A stretch of DNA of 64,000 nt from contig NC_083223.1 of assembly GCF_032191835.1 (NCBI RefSeq), positions 247,752,001 to 247,816,000 on the forward strand, read 5' to 3'. This document shows positions 24,801 through 35,282 of the stretch, in pieces. Position 1 is the first letter of the stretch. Each line of letters starts with the position of its first letter. Made by a program: the position numbers and the translations under genes. A model generated the notes under the pieces. That model made no database searches, had not been told where the DNA came from, and saw only the letters and a list, made by a program, of their open reading frames with translations. The DNA comes from Heteronotia binoei (lineage: Eukaryota).

Positions 24801-24929
24801 AGGCAGGGTACAAATGAATTAAAATATATACTTTAAAAAGGGGTAGGAGAAAGCGTCCACCACCAACGCTCTTAAAATGCCTGGGTGTTTGAAACTGGAA
24901 TGGGGATTCCGCTTGGCCTTGCCCTTGCC

Positions 24930-25760
24930 TCCTCTTCCCAGCCCCTTCACTCGACCTCCCCATCCCCCGCCAAAAAAAACCCCTGAAACGTCCGCTGAGC
25001 GGCAAGCTGTAGAAGGTCAGGCAAGGCAGCTAGTTTGAAGGAAGAGCAGGAGTGCGCGCAGCTTGCTGGCAACCCTTTCCCCGAAAACGAGCCTTTCCCA
25101 GCCTCAGACCTATCATTACAAGAGTCCCCTGCCTACCAGCCGGATAACGCTGGTGCATCGCGCAACACGAGAGCTCCAAGGAGTACAGCATTACCCAGCG
25201 GACATGGGCAGGGCCAAAGGAAAGGCTCGCTTGCCTGATTGGCGACGACAGTAATTTCAAGGGCGGGCCAAAGGGGAAAAGTGGGCAGCGCCCTATGTTG
25301 CCAATAGGGTGGCGTTGATTTGCATGGTGCAAGAAGGGAACCAACTGACGCTGGGCCAGTGGCTGCGGGGTTGGGCAAGGGGGCTTGGCGCTGGGACAGT
25401 GGGCGGCTGCTGCGTGGGGGTGGGAGGGCTCTCAGGACCCCGAAAGCGGCGAGAGCCCGATCGGCGCCTGGGAGGTGGGTTTGCCTCCGCTGTGTGCTCG
25501 GCGCTGTACAGCAGGGGCGCTTGGCAGCACCCCAGGCGTCGCCCCGCATCCATGGGGGAGAAGCGGATCTTGTGCGTTGGCCTCGTGTGCTTGGATATCA
25601 TTAGCGTGGTGGATCGCTACCCGGAAGAGGACACAGACACCAGGTACGTGCTGTGGCTTCTCTGGGGTGGGTGGCGAAAGGCCAGGTACTGGGGTGAAGG
25701 ACGGAAGTGGGAGGGACCGGTTGCGGTATGGAGAACGGCGTGGGTTATGAAACGTGGGTT
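24930..25760 (+). promoter_or_regulatory. KHK: KHK CpG-island promoter / exon 1 region
   Basis: CpG-rich. Contains CTGATTGG (~25235-25242), GC box (25261), CCAAT (25301), octamer ATTTGCAT (25318-25325) and two GGGCCAAAGG HNF4-like motifs. Confidence 0.7.
25552..25643 (+). CDS. KHK: Ketohexokinase exon 1 (92 nt)
   Basis: [30 protein letters not shown](R); donor AG|gtacgt; matches the KHK N-terminus. Confidence 0.97.
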
Positions 25761-26465
25761 TGTGTGTTCCTTAATCTGAACTAAACTCCTCCTCCTCCAG
25801 TAGTTCTGCCTTCTCAATGACTAATGTGGAATGGGCTTTTCCTCCTCTCTCCACTAACTCCGTATCCATCAGTTCGCAGAGGGGTGGGTGCAACGCCGGT
25901 TTTGGCCCTAGAAGCCAAGAGTGTTCCCAAAGCCCCAAATCTACTGGAGTGCGGCATTGGTCAGTTCAGTTACGGCTGCTAGGCTACTGCCCTAGAGATG
26001 ACTTGGCATAGACCAAGTTGGGAGCTCTGCCTAGTTCCGGAAGTTTTGCCCAGACTGTTGCAGAGCTGGCAATTCCACCATGGTCTGTACTACTGTGTAG
26101 AGTTCCTACAGCAAGTTGCTACAAAGCAGATCCGACTATGTCATTTTTGCATCATTTAAGGTGTCATAGTTATACTTGTGCTTTGCTTCAGTCCTGATTT
26201 CGGATTTCTACAATGCAATGCTGGATGTCTCGTCCTATTGATTGTATTGACTTTCCTTTGTAATCCACCATGAACCCTAATAAGAAAGGAGAACTATAAT
26301 GTAAAAAAATAAATAAATGTCATATTGCTAATACCAATTCAGACAGCTTTCTGGGGCACCTTTGGAAATAATCAAGGCTGTACATTTTATTCTGCAAATT
26401 GTTTTGTTTTGTTTTTTGCACACATGAGCGAGTCCCACTGAGGCTGGCCTTTGATGTGTTTCCAG

Positions 26466-26582
26466 GTGTCAGTCGCAGCGCTGGCAGCGAGGGGGGAATG
26501 CCTCCAACACCTGCACGGTCTTGTCTCTCCTGGGGGCACCCTGTGCTTTCATGGGCTCACTGGCTCCGGGCCATGCTGCAAA
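26466..26582 (+). CDS. KHK: Ketohexokinase exon 2 (117 nt)
   Basis: [38 protein letters not shown]; PfkB signature GGNASN; tccag| and |gtaagt. Confidence 0.97.
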
Positions 26583-26966
26583 GTAAGTGTGTGAGGGAAG
26601 GGGGGGAGGCTTGCATCATTTCTCCTTTAGGATGGGCAGTCCTAAAATGAGAAATGAGTCGCCTGCTGGACTTAACCAGGTTCTCAGTTTGTGTGTGTAC
26701 AGGTACAAATGCATTGGGGGAAAGGGTAGACACAGCACTGATTTCTGATCCGTTGCCATAAAGGCGGATTAGCTTGGGTTGGCAGTGCTGCCGCCTTTTG
26801 AGTAGCAGCAAACTAGTTGGAGGCAGTAACTGCACTATCAGGGAGAGGACCAAAGGGAAAAAGTCCTGCCCTCCATCTCTCTTGCTGCGAAGCATGTGTA
26901 GGTTTCTGACTCTTTTCTAGTACCCTGTGGAATGGCCTCTCTGCACAGCCTCCAAGGTAATATTTA

Positions 26967-27245
26967 GGAGGAGGAAGAAGAGATTGGATTTATACCCTGC
27001 CCTTCACTACCCGAAGGAGTCTCTGAGTGGCTTACAATCTCCTTCCCCTCCCCACAACAGACACCCTGTGAGGTAGGTGGAGCTGAGAGAGCTCTGACAG
27101 AAACTGTTCTTGAGAGGAACAGCTCTGCAAGAAGGTGCAGTTGACTCAAGGTCACATCAGCAGGTACATGTGGAAGTGCAGGAAATCAAACCTGGTTCTC
27201 CCAGATAAGAGTTCATACACTTAACCACTACACCAAACTGGCTCT
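26967..27245 (-). mobile_element. Squam3-like SINE (left member of an inverted pair)
   Basis: Reverse-oriented full copy. Confidence 0.88.
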
Positions 27246-27278
27246 CCAGGAGAGTGGTTGTGCAATGAATTTCCTTCT

Positions 27279-27546
27279 AGAGCTAGTTTGGTGTAGTGGT
27301 TAAGTGTGCGAACTCTTATATGGGAGAACCAGGTTTGATTCCCCACTCCTTCACTTGCAGCTGCTGGAATGGCCTTGGGTCAGCCATAGCTCTTACAGTT
27401 GTCCTTGAAAGAGCAGCTTCTGGAAGAGCTCTCTCAGCCCCACCTATCTCACAGGGTGTTTGTTGTGAGGGAGGAAGGTAAAGGAGATTGTAAGCTGCTC
27501 TGAGATTCAGAGTGAAGGGCGGGATATAAATCCAATATCTTCTTCT
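27279..27546 (+). mobile_element. Squam3-like SINE (right member of an inverted pair)
   Basis: Forward full copy, 33 bp from the previous one. Confidence 0.88.
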
Positions 27547-28853
27547 GGGGTCATCTCTCCCCTTAAAGGCCATCTTGAACCAAGTGAAAAGATGGGATGT
27601 AAATGTTTTAATAACAAAGTTAATAATACATTGAACCCTCCTTGTTCTTAGCCTATCTTGCCCTCGGCTGTCCTGCCATAACTCTGGTTTCCTCTTTGCG
27701 GAGATGCTCATGACTCTGGAACGGAAGCTTGCCTCAGTCTGCAGCTGGGTCCGTTGGCAAACATGCCAAGCGTAGCGTGAGGCTCAGATGCAAGTGTCAG
27801 CCCCTCTCTCTAGTTCTGGCCATGTTCTGGCCCTTGCTGCTCAGGAGGGAGGAGCAGCTCTGGTGTGTTGCTGGGCTAGTGGCAAATGACAAGCCCTGGG
27901 TCTCACCACTTGCAGCTGCCTTGCATGGTTTCCAGATCTTGCTTTGGTTTTGTCAATGCATCCAGGAGCCCATTTTAAATGGCAGGGCTCAGCCTTAGAA
28001 CATGTAAAAACAGAGCAAGCAAAAATGGATATGAGCATGTCTCTGCACGTATGCACAGTTTATCTGAGCCATGGTCTTTTTAGGATAGTGGGAATGAACT
28101 CTGGAACATAGGGCATCATAAAGCCTGTGCCTCTGAACATGGGCAGAATGCCTTTAGTCACCACTAGGTAGATACAGCTTGTTGGTTTATTTACTTAATC
28201 TCTAGTCTGCCTTTCGAACATGCTCAAAATCACTCTGCAAAGTCTAGATTAAGGAAAGGCTCTGCCTTCTAGGTGAGAGCATTCAAGCAGGTACTCAGGG
28301 CTCCTTTCATTTTTTAGTAACTCACTGCAGTTATTTGGGAGTGAGGTTTTGCTTCATAGGAACATTAAGAAATACCAAAGTATTTAAATTCACAGTTTTT
28401 GGCATGCAAAAAACAGACTCCTTCAAAGCAGCACAAACTGCCAAAAGAAAGGCAGCTGTCAAAGGAAGGGCAACATACAGACCCCCATTCACCACCTTCA
28501 GAGCTGCCTACCTTCCTTCATTCCCTGCTTAGGGTAGAAGTCATATCTGTTAGCATCTGTCTTGTTTGGGGATGGGATGGAGTGAAGAGTATGACTATTG
28601 CCCTTTATTGAAAGGATAATGGACTAGATTGGAGCAGAGAGGCTTGGGTTTCCTGGATAAATTTAAGCCCCCTTCCCATGAGACCACTGTCTCCCTTGAA
28701 TGTTTGCTGTAGCTCTGAGCACTCTTGTGGGGACTAGTTCCTGTTGGATGCTGGGAGTGGCTGTTCTGTTTGGGAACCAGGGCTCCTGGCTTCTGTTCCA
28801 TCCCTACAGACAGAGACACCTCTCCAAGACACTCCTGTTCTCTGCACACCCAG

Positions 28854-28988
28854 CTTTGTCCGTGATGATTTCAAGTGCTACAAGGTGGACCTTGCCCATG
28901 TGGCCGAGCACCCGGCATGTGCGTTGCCCATCTCGGTGGTGATCAGCAACATGACATCAGGCACCCGCACCATCCTGCACGCCACTAG
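28854..28988 (+). CDS. KHK: Ketohexokinase exon 3a (KHK-A type, mutually exclusive, 135 nt)
   Basis: FVRDDFKCYKVDLAHVAEHPACALPISVVISNMTSGTRTILHATR; cag| and |gtgcgt; phase 2-2. Confidence 0.93.
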
Positions 28989-29059
28989 GTGCGTAGGCAA
29001 AATATTCCTTGTTTTTGGCTCTAACCCTCCTCTTTCTCTCCCCCTTCCCTGGCCCCAAG

Positions 29060-29194
29060 ATTCATCCTGTCTGATTTCCTGCACCGCAACGTGAATGTGG
29101 CCCATGTGGTCTGGCAAAGCCAGGGGGACACACCGTGTGCCTGCTGCATCGTCAACAGCTCCAACGGCTCTCGGACAGTCACTCTCTTTGACAC
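29060..29194 (+). CDS. KHK: Ketohexokinase exon 3c (KHK-C type, mutually exclusive, 135 nt)
   Basis: [45 protein letters not shown], close to human 3c ([30 protein letters not shown]); aag| and |gtaagg. Confidence 0.95.
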
Positions 29195-32100
29195 GTAAGG
29201 CCCAGCCTGGCTGCTGCTTCTAACTCCCCCTGCCAGTGGGTGGCGCCAGAGGGAACCCTGCTATTTGCCTTAAGGACCAGACCTGCTCTAGCAAGCCCCT
29301 TTGCTCTTTCAACCAGCTTCTTCCTCACATGGGACCCTAGGGCCATGTTGGTATTAACAGTGATTTCACCGGTTTCATGCTTCCATTCTTTTTCCACAAG
29401 GAAGGAGAAATACAGTCCCAAGAATATCAGCCTGTCCCTCCCATCCTTAAAGAAAGCGTCTCTGACGCAAAGGAGAACACAGGTATGCCTGAATTCTGAA
29501 TATTTTGTATCAGGAAACACCAGGTGATGTGATGCGCATTTCAGGCATATTTGCACTGCACTGTTCGTTCAGCTTTTTAGTGTTTTGCATTTGCTAAAAA
29601 TTTTGCTGATCTTGAAGGAGCAGCAGGAAAATATGGTAGCCATTGAGAAAACCTTGTTCCGCAATCTTGTTGCCTTCCCCAATTCTACCAACATTGCCTT
29701 TGCAGAAGGGTCAAAACTCCAAAAACAGAGGTTCTTGGGAATCAGAACTGTGGGGCCAAAATAGCGTCCTGCTGATTTTGGGATCTTGTGTGGAACTGCC
29801 GCATAACTAGATATAAGAAGTTGCCAATACGGAATCAGACTACTTGATCAACAGCAGTGTCTGCTCTGACCAGAAGCTGCTCTCCAGTTTCTCTGGCAGA
29901 AAAAAAAGACTTTTCTCAGCACCAGCTGGGTTCCTTTACGTGGAGATGCCAGGGACCTTCTGCATGCCAGACATGTCCTTTCTCCCTGAGCTCTGGTCCT
30001 CCCCTTAAACAAAAGCAAAGCTGCCATTGGGCCCAGCATTATCTGATTTGCCTGGCAACCATTCTCTAGGGCATTTCCCAAGAGGCCTTGTAACTGGAAA
30101 TATGAGGGATTGAACCAAGGATCTTCTGCATGCAAAGCACGTTCTCAGTCACTGGCTAGCACGGGTCTTTTAAAGGAGAGGGGGTTAGAACCCATTCCTC
30201 ACATAGCAATTCCAACTACAGCCCCAGGAGCAAACTAATGCAGCGGGGCTTGGGCTTCTTATATGTTCCTTGTCTAAGGAAACTGAAGCCAGTGGAGAGA
30301 TGAAATACAGGCTCCTGATTCATAGGGTTGCCAGTCCCTTCACCCCGGTAGCACTCTTGTAATGTTAAGAATGGGGCAACAGGCCAAAATATAGTAAGTG
30401 AAGCATGGGTCAGAAGACCTGCCAGAATTTCTGTGCCTTATTTCTGCACATCTGCTGCGCTCTGGGGCCAGCCGCAAAAGAAGGCTGAGCTCCTGCCCCT
30501 CTTAATAGTTGTTGAAAGAGAATTTTGGGAGGAACAGCTCTTCTTAACTCTGACAACAAAGCTGTATCTCCAAAAGAAACAATTGTATGTATCTCATTTT
30601 CAGAAGGCCAAAGCCCTTTTTAAAAACTTTCCTTACAATACCCCTGCAAGGTAGGGCTCTGTTGTCATTGTGTATTGCTGAGGAGATGAAAACAAATGAC
30701 TTGCCTAAGGCAAGTGAGTTTGTGGCAGAGGAAATATTTAAACCATTCTCTTAGCCACTTTGCTGCATGTTTCAGTTATAACTATAAATTTTAGTTGCTG
30801 TAAATGCTTCTTGGAAGCTGGAAACTGGATCCCTGGGTTCTCTGGAAAAGGAGTAGAATCTCACAAGAAAAAGAAACATGGAGCCAGAGTTTCTGGACTT
30901 TTGCCCTGACCTGGTAGGAGCTCCATTGTATTCCCACTTTTCTATCTTGTTCTACCTTTATGCAAAATATGACGAATAGTGTGGAATAAAGAGCACAGTA
31001 GGGTGTGGTTTTATTCTCTCTCCCTTCCTTCCTCTTATCAGCAATGACTAATATTAATTATCCATTTAGTACACTTAATGTACAAAGTGCTTTTTGATTG
31101 CTATCTTGTTGGTCATTGTGCTGTTTTAAGGTCGCCCCTTTTGACTAACACAAATCCAGCAGGTAAAGCTTGGCATGCAGAAAATCTTGGCTGAATTTCT
31201 TCTTATTGTGCAGCTATTAAAAGACGGTTGGCAACCTGACATGCTGGTTTTCACTCACGTTTTACAGCTTGGGAGAACTGAGTGATTCAGCATCCAAAAC
31301 ATGCAAGTTCAGATCCCGTTCTTCATCTTCTGGTGCATAGCTGTGGCTGTGCTGGAAGGTACAAGCCAAAAGATGTGGAGTTCTGTAGATTCTAGCTTAG
31401 TCTGCTAGGGCTCCAAGACGGTGCTCCCAATCAGGATTTGTGTAGGGGCTTGCTTGAGCAGGTCAAAAGAGTCCCCGCTACCTTGATTCCCAGAATGGCA
31501 CCACCCAATGGGAGGGAAAATACCATTTGTGCACCATCAAGAAAGATCTGACTCACTTAATTCTTGGCAGATTCACCTACTAATTCTACACAATGCAGCC
31601 AATCATCTTCATCAATGCTAATTCCTGATCATCCTTTTTGGTAATTGCGCACCATCATTTCTCTCCTTGTGATGTTCCTTCTCCCTCACTGAGTCTTTCT
31701 GACTCAGGACTGAGAGTTGCAGGTGCGAGAGCTTCTGGACCAGAGCAGGGGGCACACCTGGAATCTGGACAGTGGAAGGTGAGAGGCTGTGGGCTTGCAA
31801 ATAGACTCACTGGGCCCAGTGATCCAAGACAGAAGGGAAGGCCACCACTGTGCAGTAGAAAAGTGCTTCTGTGACTCTGTGTGCCAGCACCCCGCCATGT
31901 GCTGAGACAATGTCCCCCTTCTTTGATACTCTTCCAGAAGGCTTTCTATGGTCCCCTTTCCCCCCCTGTCCCTGTACCTTAGGCAGCATGGCTAGCACAT
32001 GTTCAGCCTCAGTGCTTAAATATGGGGTTGTGATCAAGTGAACTCCTCCTGAGGGGGTTCCTTAATCTTTATAGGGGATGGGCACCAAACTCCCTTTTTG

Positions 32101-32904
32101 CTGCCAGTGGAGCGGCAAGCCCTGGTTAATGATTCCTAGGGGCCCGCACAGATCCGGGAATGTCTTCTGGGTGGCCTTTGTCCCAGGTGCAGGTTTTGAG
32201 GGTTAATAATTGAAATGGGGTAGAGTCCACTTCCCCATCATGGGGGCTGAGAGTCAGTTAACCCTTGGCCTACCAAGCACCCCAGATTACAGCCCTTGAC
32301 ACCTCTCTGAGGCATGATATTGTTCCCAGTAATAGCGGCCCATGAATTAAAAAGATGATGGCTCTTCTACGCATGGGTGAAATTTCTTTTCTATTGGAAC
32401 GGAATAACCACATTTAGACGTAGGGATGCCAGCCTCCATGTTGAAACTGGGGATCCCCTGGAATTTCAGCTCATCTCCAGACTACAGAAATCGGCTTCCC
32501 TGGAGAAAATGGATGGATTGGAGGCTGAACTCTATGGCATTGTATCCTACTGAGGTCCCTGTCCTCCCCAGGCTCCATCCCCAAATCTCCAGGAGTTTTC
32601 CAACCTGGATCTGGCAGCATTTGCCTCCTCCCCCATCCCCTGCTGGTGGCCAGAGTGGACCCAGCAACCCTAATTAAGCCCTATGTATCTGGGTTTTGGA
32701 CAAGTTTGCCCAGTCAACATAAACCTTAAAGGAAATAGAGCCTCTCTTGTATGCCAATGAATGCAGCAGGCTCAAGTTCAGATATTTCCTTGCAGTCACC
32801 TCCAAAAAAGCTAGTGGGCAACCAGTTTCCATGACAGCTAAAAAAGGCAAGGTCAAGCAAGTGGTGATGCCAGTACGGTCTCTCTAAAACCATAAAATGG
32901 GAAG

Positions 32905-33268
32905 TATCCACTAACTTGGGGAAGGCAATGACAAACCACCCCGTAAAAAGTCTGCCGTGAAAACGTGAAAGCAACGTCACCCCAGAGTCGGAAACGACTG
33001 GTACTTAAATTACTTTGATGCCAGAGGGTAGCCCACTTTATTAGACATCCCAGCATGCAATGCATCATACCAGACACCCCTGAATGGGCATTAACCAATA
33101 TCAAAGGGCATCACCACTTGCTTGACCTGCACACAGTTCCAGTAAGACTTTTTACGGGGTGGTTTGCCATTGCCTTCCCCAAGTTAGTGGATACTTCCCA
33201 TCTTATGGTTTTAGAGAGACCGTACTGGTAAGATACTTAAATTACCTTTACCTTTTTATCCACTAACT
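32905..33268 (+). mobile_element. 5'-truncated Sauria-type SINE with an internal complex rearrangement
   Basis: 12-bp TSD tatccactaact (32905-32916 / 33257-33268), (ACCTTT)n tail, internal inverted duplications. Confidence 0.8.
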
Positions 33269-33289
33269 GCTTTCTTACTGGAACTGTGT

Positions 33290-33790
33290 GCAGGCTATAC
33301 CGGCTTCCTTTCACTCCTAGCTATTCTCTCCCTTGGAGATTGCAGAGTGGAGAGTGAGAGAATTGCTTCATAAAGGAGTAGGTGGCCCTCCAGGTGTGGA
33401 GATGCCAAAACATATAGGGCTTCAAAGGGCAAAACCAGCACCTTGAATTGCACCCAGAAACAACTCAGAAGCCTGTGTAGATGAGCCAAGACTGGAGCGA
33501 TATGGTTCCTATGACCCACTCCAGTCCGCATCCTAGCTACAGCATTCTGCATCAGTTGAAGTTTCTAAACACTTCTTTAGGCAGCCCCATGCAGAACTCA
33601 TTGCAGTAGTCTAATCTAGATCGGGACTGCCTCCTCTGGTATGTACTTCGAACAGCTTTATGCTCTGCAGGGAACAATTTACTGGTAATCCCCAGCTCAA
33701 AAGACATCTGGCTGTCCTCTACCTGGTGGAACTCTCCGAATAACGTGCATGCCCTGTGGGACCTAATACAGTTCTGCAGGGCTTGCAAGG
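33290..33790 (-). mobile_element. L2-clade LINE fragment
   Basis: Antisense ORFs SRLDYCNE... and QNAVARM...HIAPVLAHLHRL...QFKVLVL. Confidence 0.8.
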
Positions 33791-34772
33791 CAGAGAAGTT
33801 CCACTAGGCTTTTGGATGAGGACAGCAACAGGGACCATCCTGCCTGTCACTCCCTCCCTCTCCATCCTGTTTCCTCTCTACCTCTCCTGCAAGACAGTGA
33901 CACAAATTGGAACTTTGAAGTTTCAAGCACCATCTGAGAATATTTATATCTATTTTATTTAACTCTTGGTATTGTTTTTATTAATGTACAAATGCCTTTA
34001 CTGTTTGTTTGCTGCCCTGAGCTCTGTGTACTCAGAGAAGGGTGGTCTATAAATTTAAATTATAAATAGAAATAATCAGGGCATGCACCTCAGTGGCCAG
34101 ATCTTTTCTGCCCAGGAAAGACCCAGTTAACCAGTCAAAGCCGATAAATGTAACTCCTGGTCACAACTGCCATGTATTTATCCAGTGCTAGACCTGGTTT
34201 CTAGAGCCCTCCAGTGTTCTGTTCAGATTTTAGGGCATGGATTTAAGAGGCTAGGCATGTTGAACACATTGTCAGGACATTTTCAAGATGCCAGGAGCAA
34301 ACTCTTCAGGGCTTCATCAATCAAAGCCAACACTTGGAATTGCTCTCTGCATACTGCTAGGAAGGGAAGCCGCCGTAGTGTTTTCAGAGTCAGCCCCAGA
34401 TGCAACACGTGAATAGAACCTCCATATTCAGAAGGAGTCTGAGGATGGCGAGCTTCTTAATGCCTTGGCTGTGAGCTGCCCAGAAGCACTGGATGGGTGC
34501 CATGGAAACACAATTCTAGACTGTCCGAACTCGTTGTGTTCGGTTGGCTTCCAGGCAAGGAAGGCAGAGTTGAATGGAGTAAGGTTAAAGGGTTTTTCCT
34601 CTGTCAGTTATTTTTCATTTTAATCGTGGCAGCCTGCATTCCTGCTCTTTGAGAGCAGGCTGTTGATTTAAATAAATAATCCGGAGAGGGCTCCCCCCCT
34701 CCACCATAGCCTGCGTCATCTGCTGTCTCATGGATTTTGTCCCCTCTACATCTCTCCCACCCCTTTCTGCAG

Positions 34773-34845
34773 CAACCTGCCAGATGTGACAGATGCTGAT
34801 TTTGAACAGGTTAACCTGTCTCAGTACAAGTGGATTCACTGGGAG
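34773..34845 (+). CDS. KHK: Ketohexokinase exon 4 (73 nt)
   Basis: NLPDVTDADFEQVNLSQYKWIHWE; ctgcag| and |gtgagt. Confidence 0.96.
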
Positions 34846-35104
34846 GTGAGTGAGACGACAGTCCCTAAGCTCAGTGAGGAGGATTGCCAGCTCTGGGTTG
34901 GGAAGTAACTGGATATTTTGGGGGTAGAACCCATGGGGGGCAGGGTTTGGAGAGGGGAGGGATGTCAGTGGGATAGAATGCCATAGAGTCTACCTTCCAA
35001 AGCAGCCATTTTCTCTGGGTAAACTGATCTCTGTCAGCTGGACATCAGTTGTGATAGCAGATCTGCAGCCACCACCTGGAGTTGGCAACCCCAATTGATG
35101 AGTC

Positions 35105-35282
35105 CACGGCTTTTTTTGTAACAGGACATCCTTTGCATATTAGGCCACACATCCCAATGTAGCCAATCCTCCAAGAGCTTACAGGGTTCTTAATATGGGG
35201 CCTACTGTAAGTTCCAGGATTGGTTACACCAGGGAGGTATGGCCTAATATGCAAAGGAGTTCCTGCTACAAGAAAAGCCCTG
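35105..35282. mobile_element. Fold-back hAT MITE (same family as 638-821)
   Basis: Palindrome; TSD gatgagtc/ggtgagtc. Confidence 0.8.

Noticed and set aside
25309-25551. 76-codon in-frame N-terminal extension of KHK
   Set aside because: The ATG lies amid promoter motifs, probably upstream of the TSS, and the canonical start gives the standard 298 aa.
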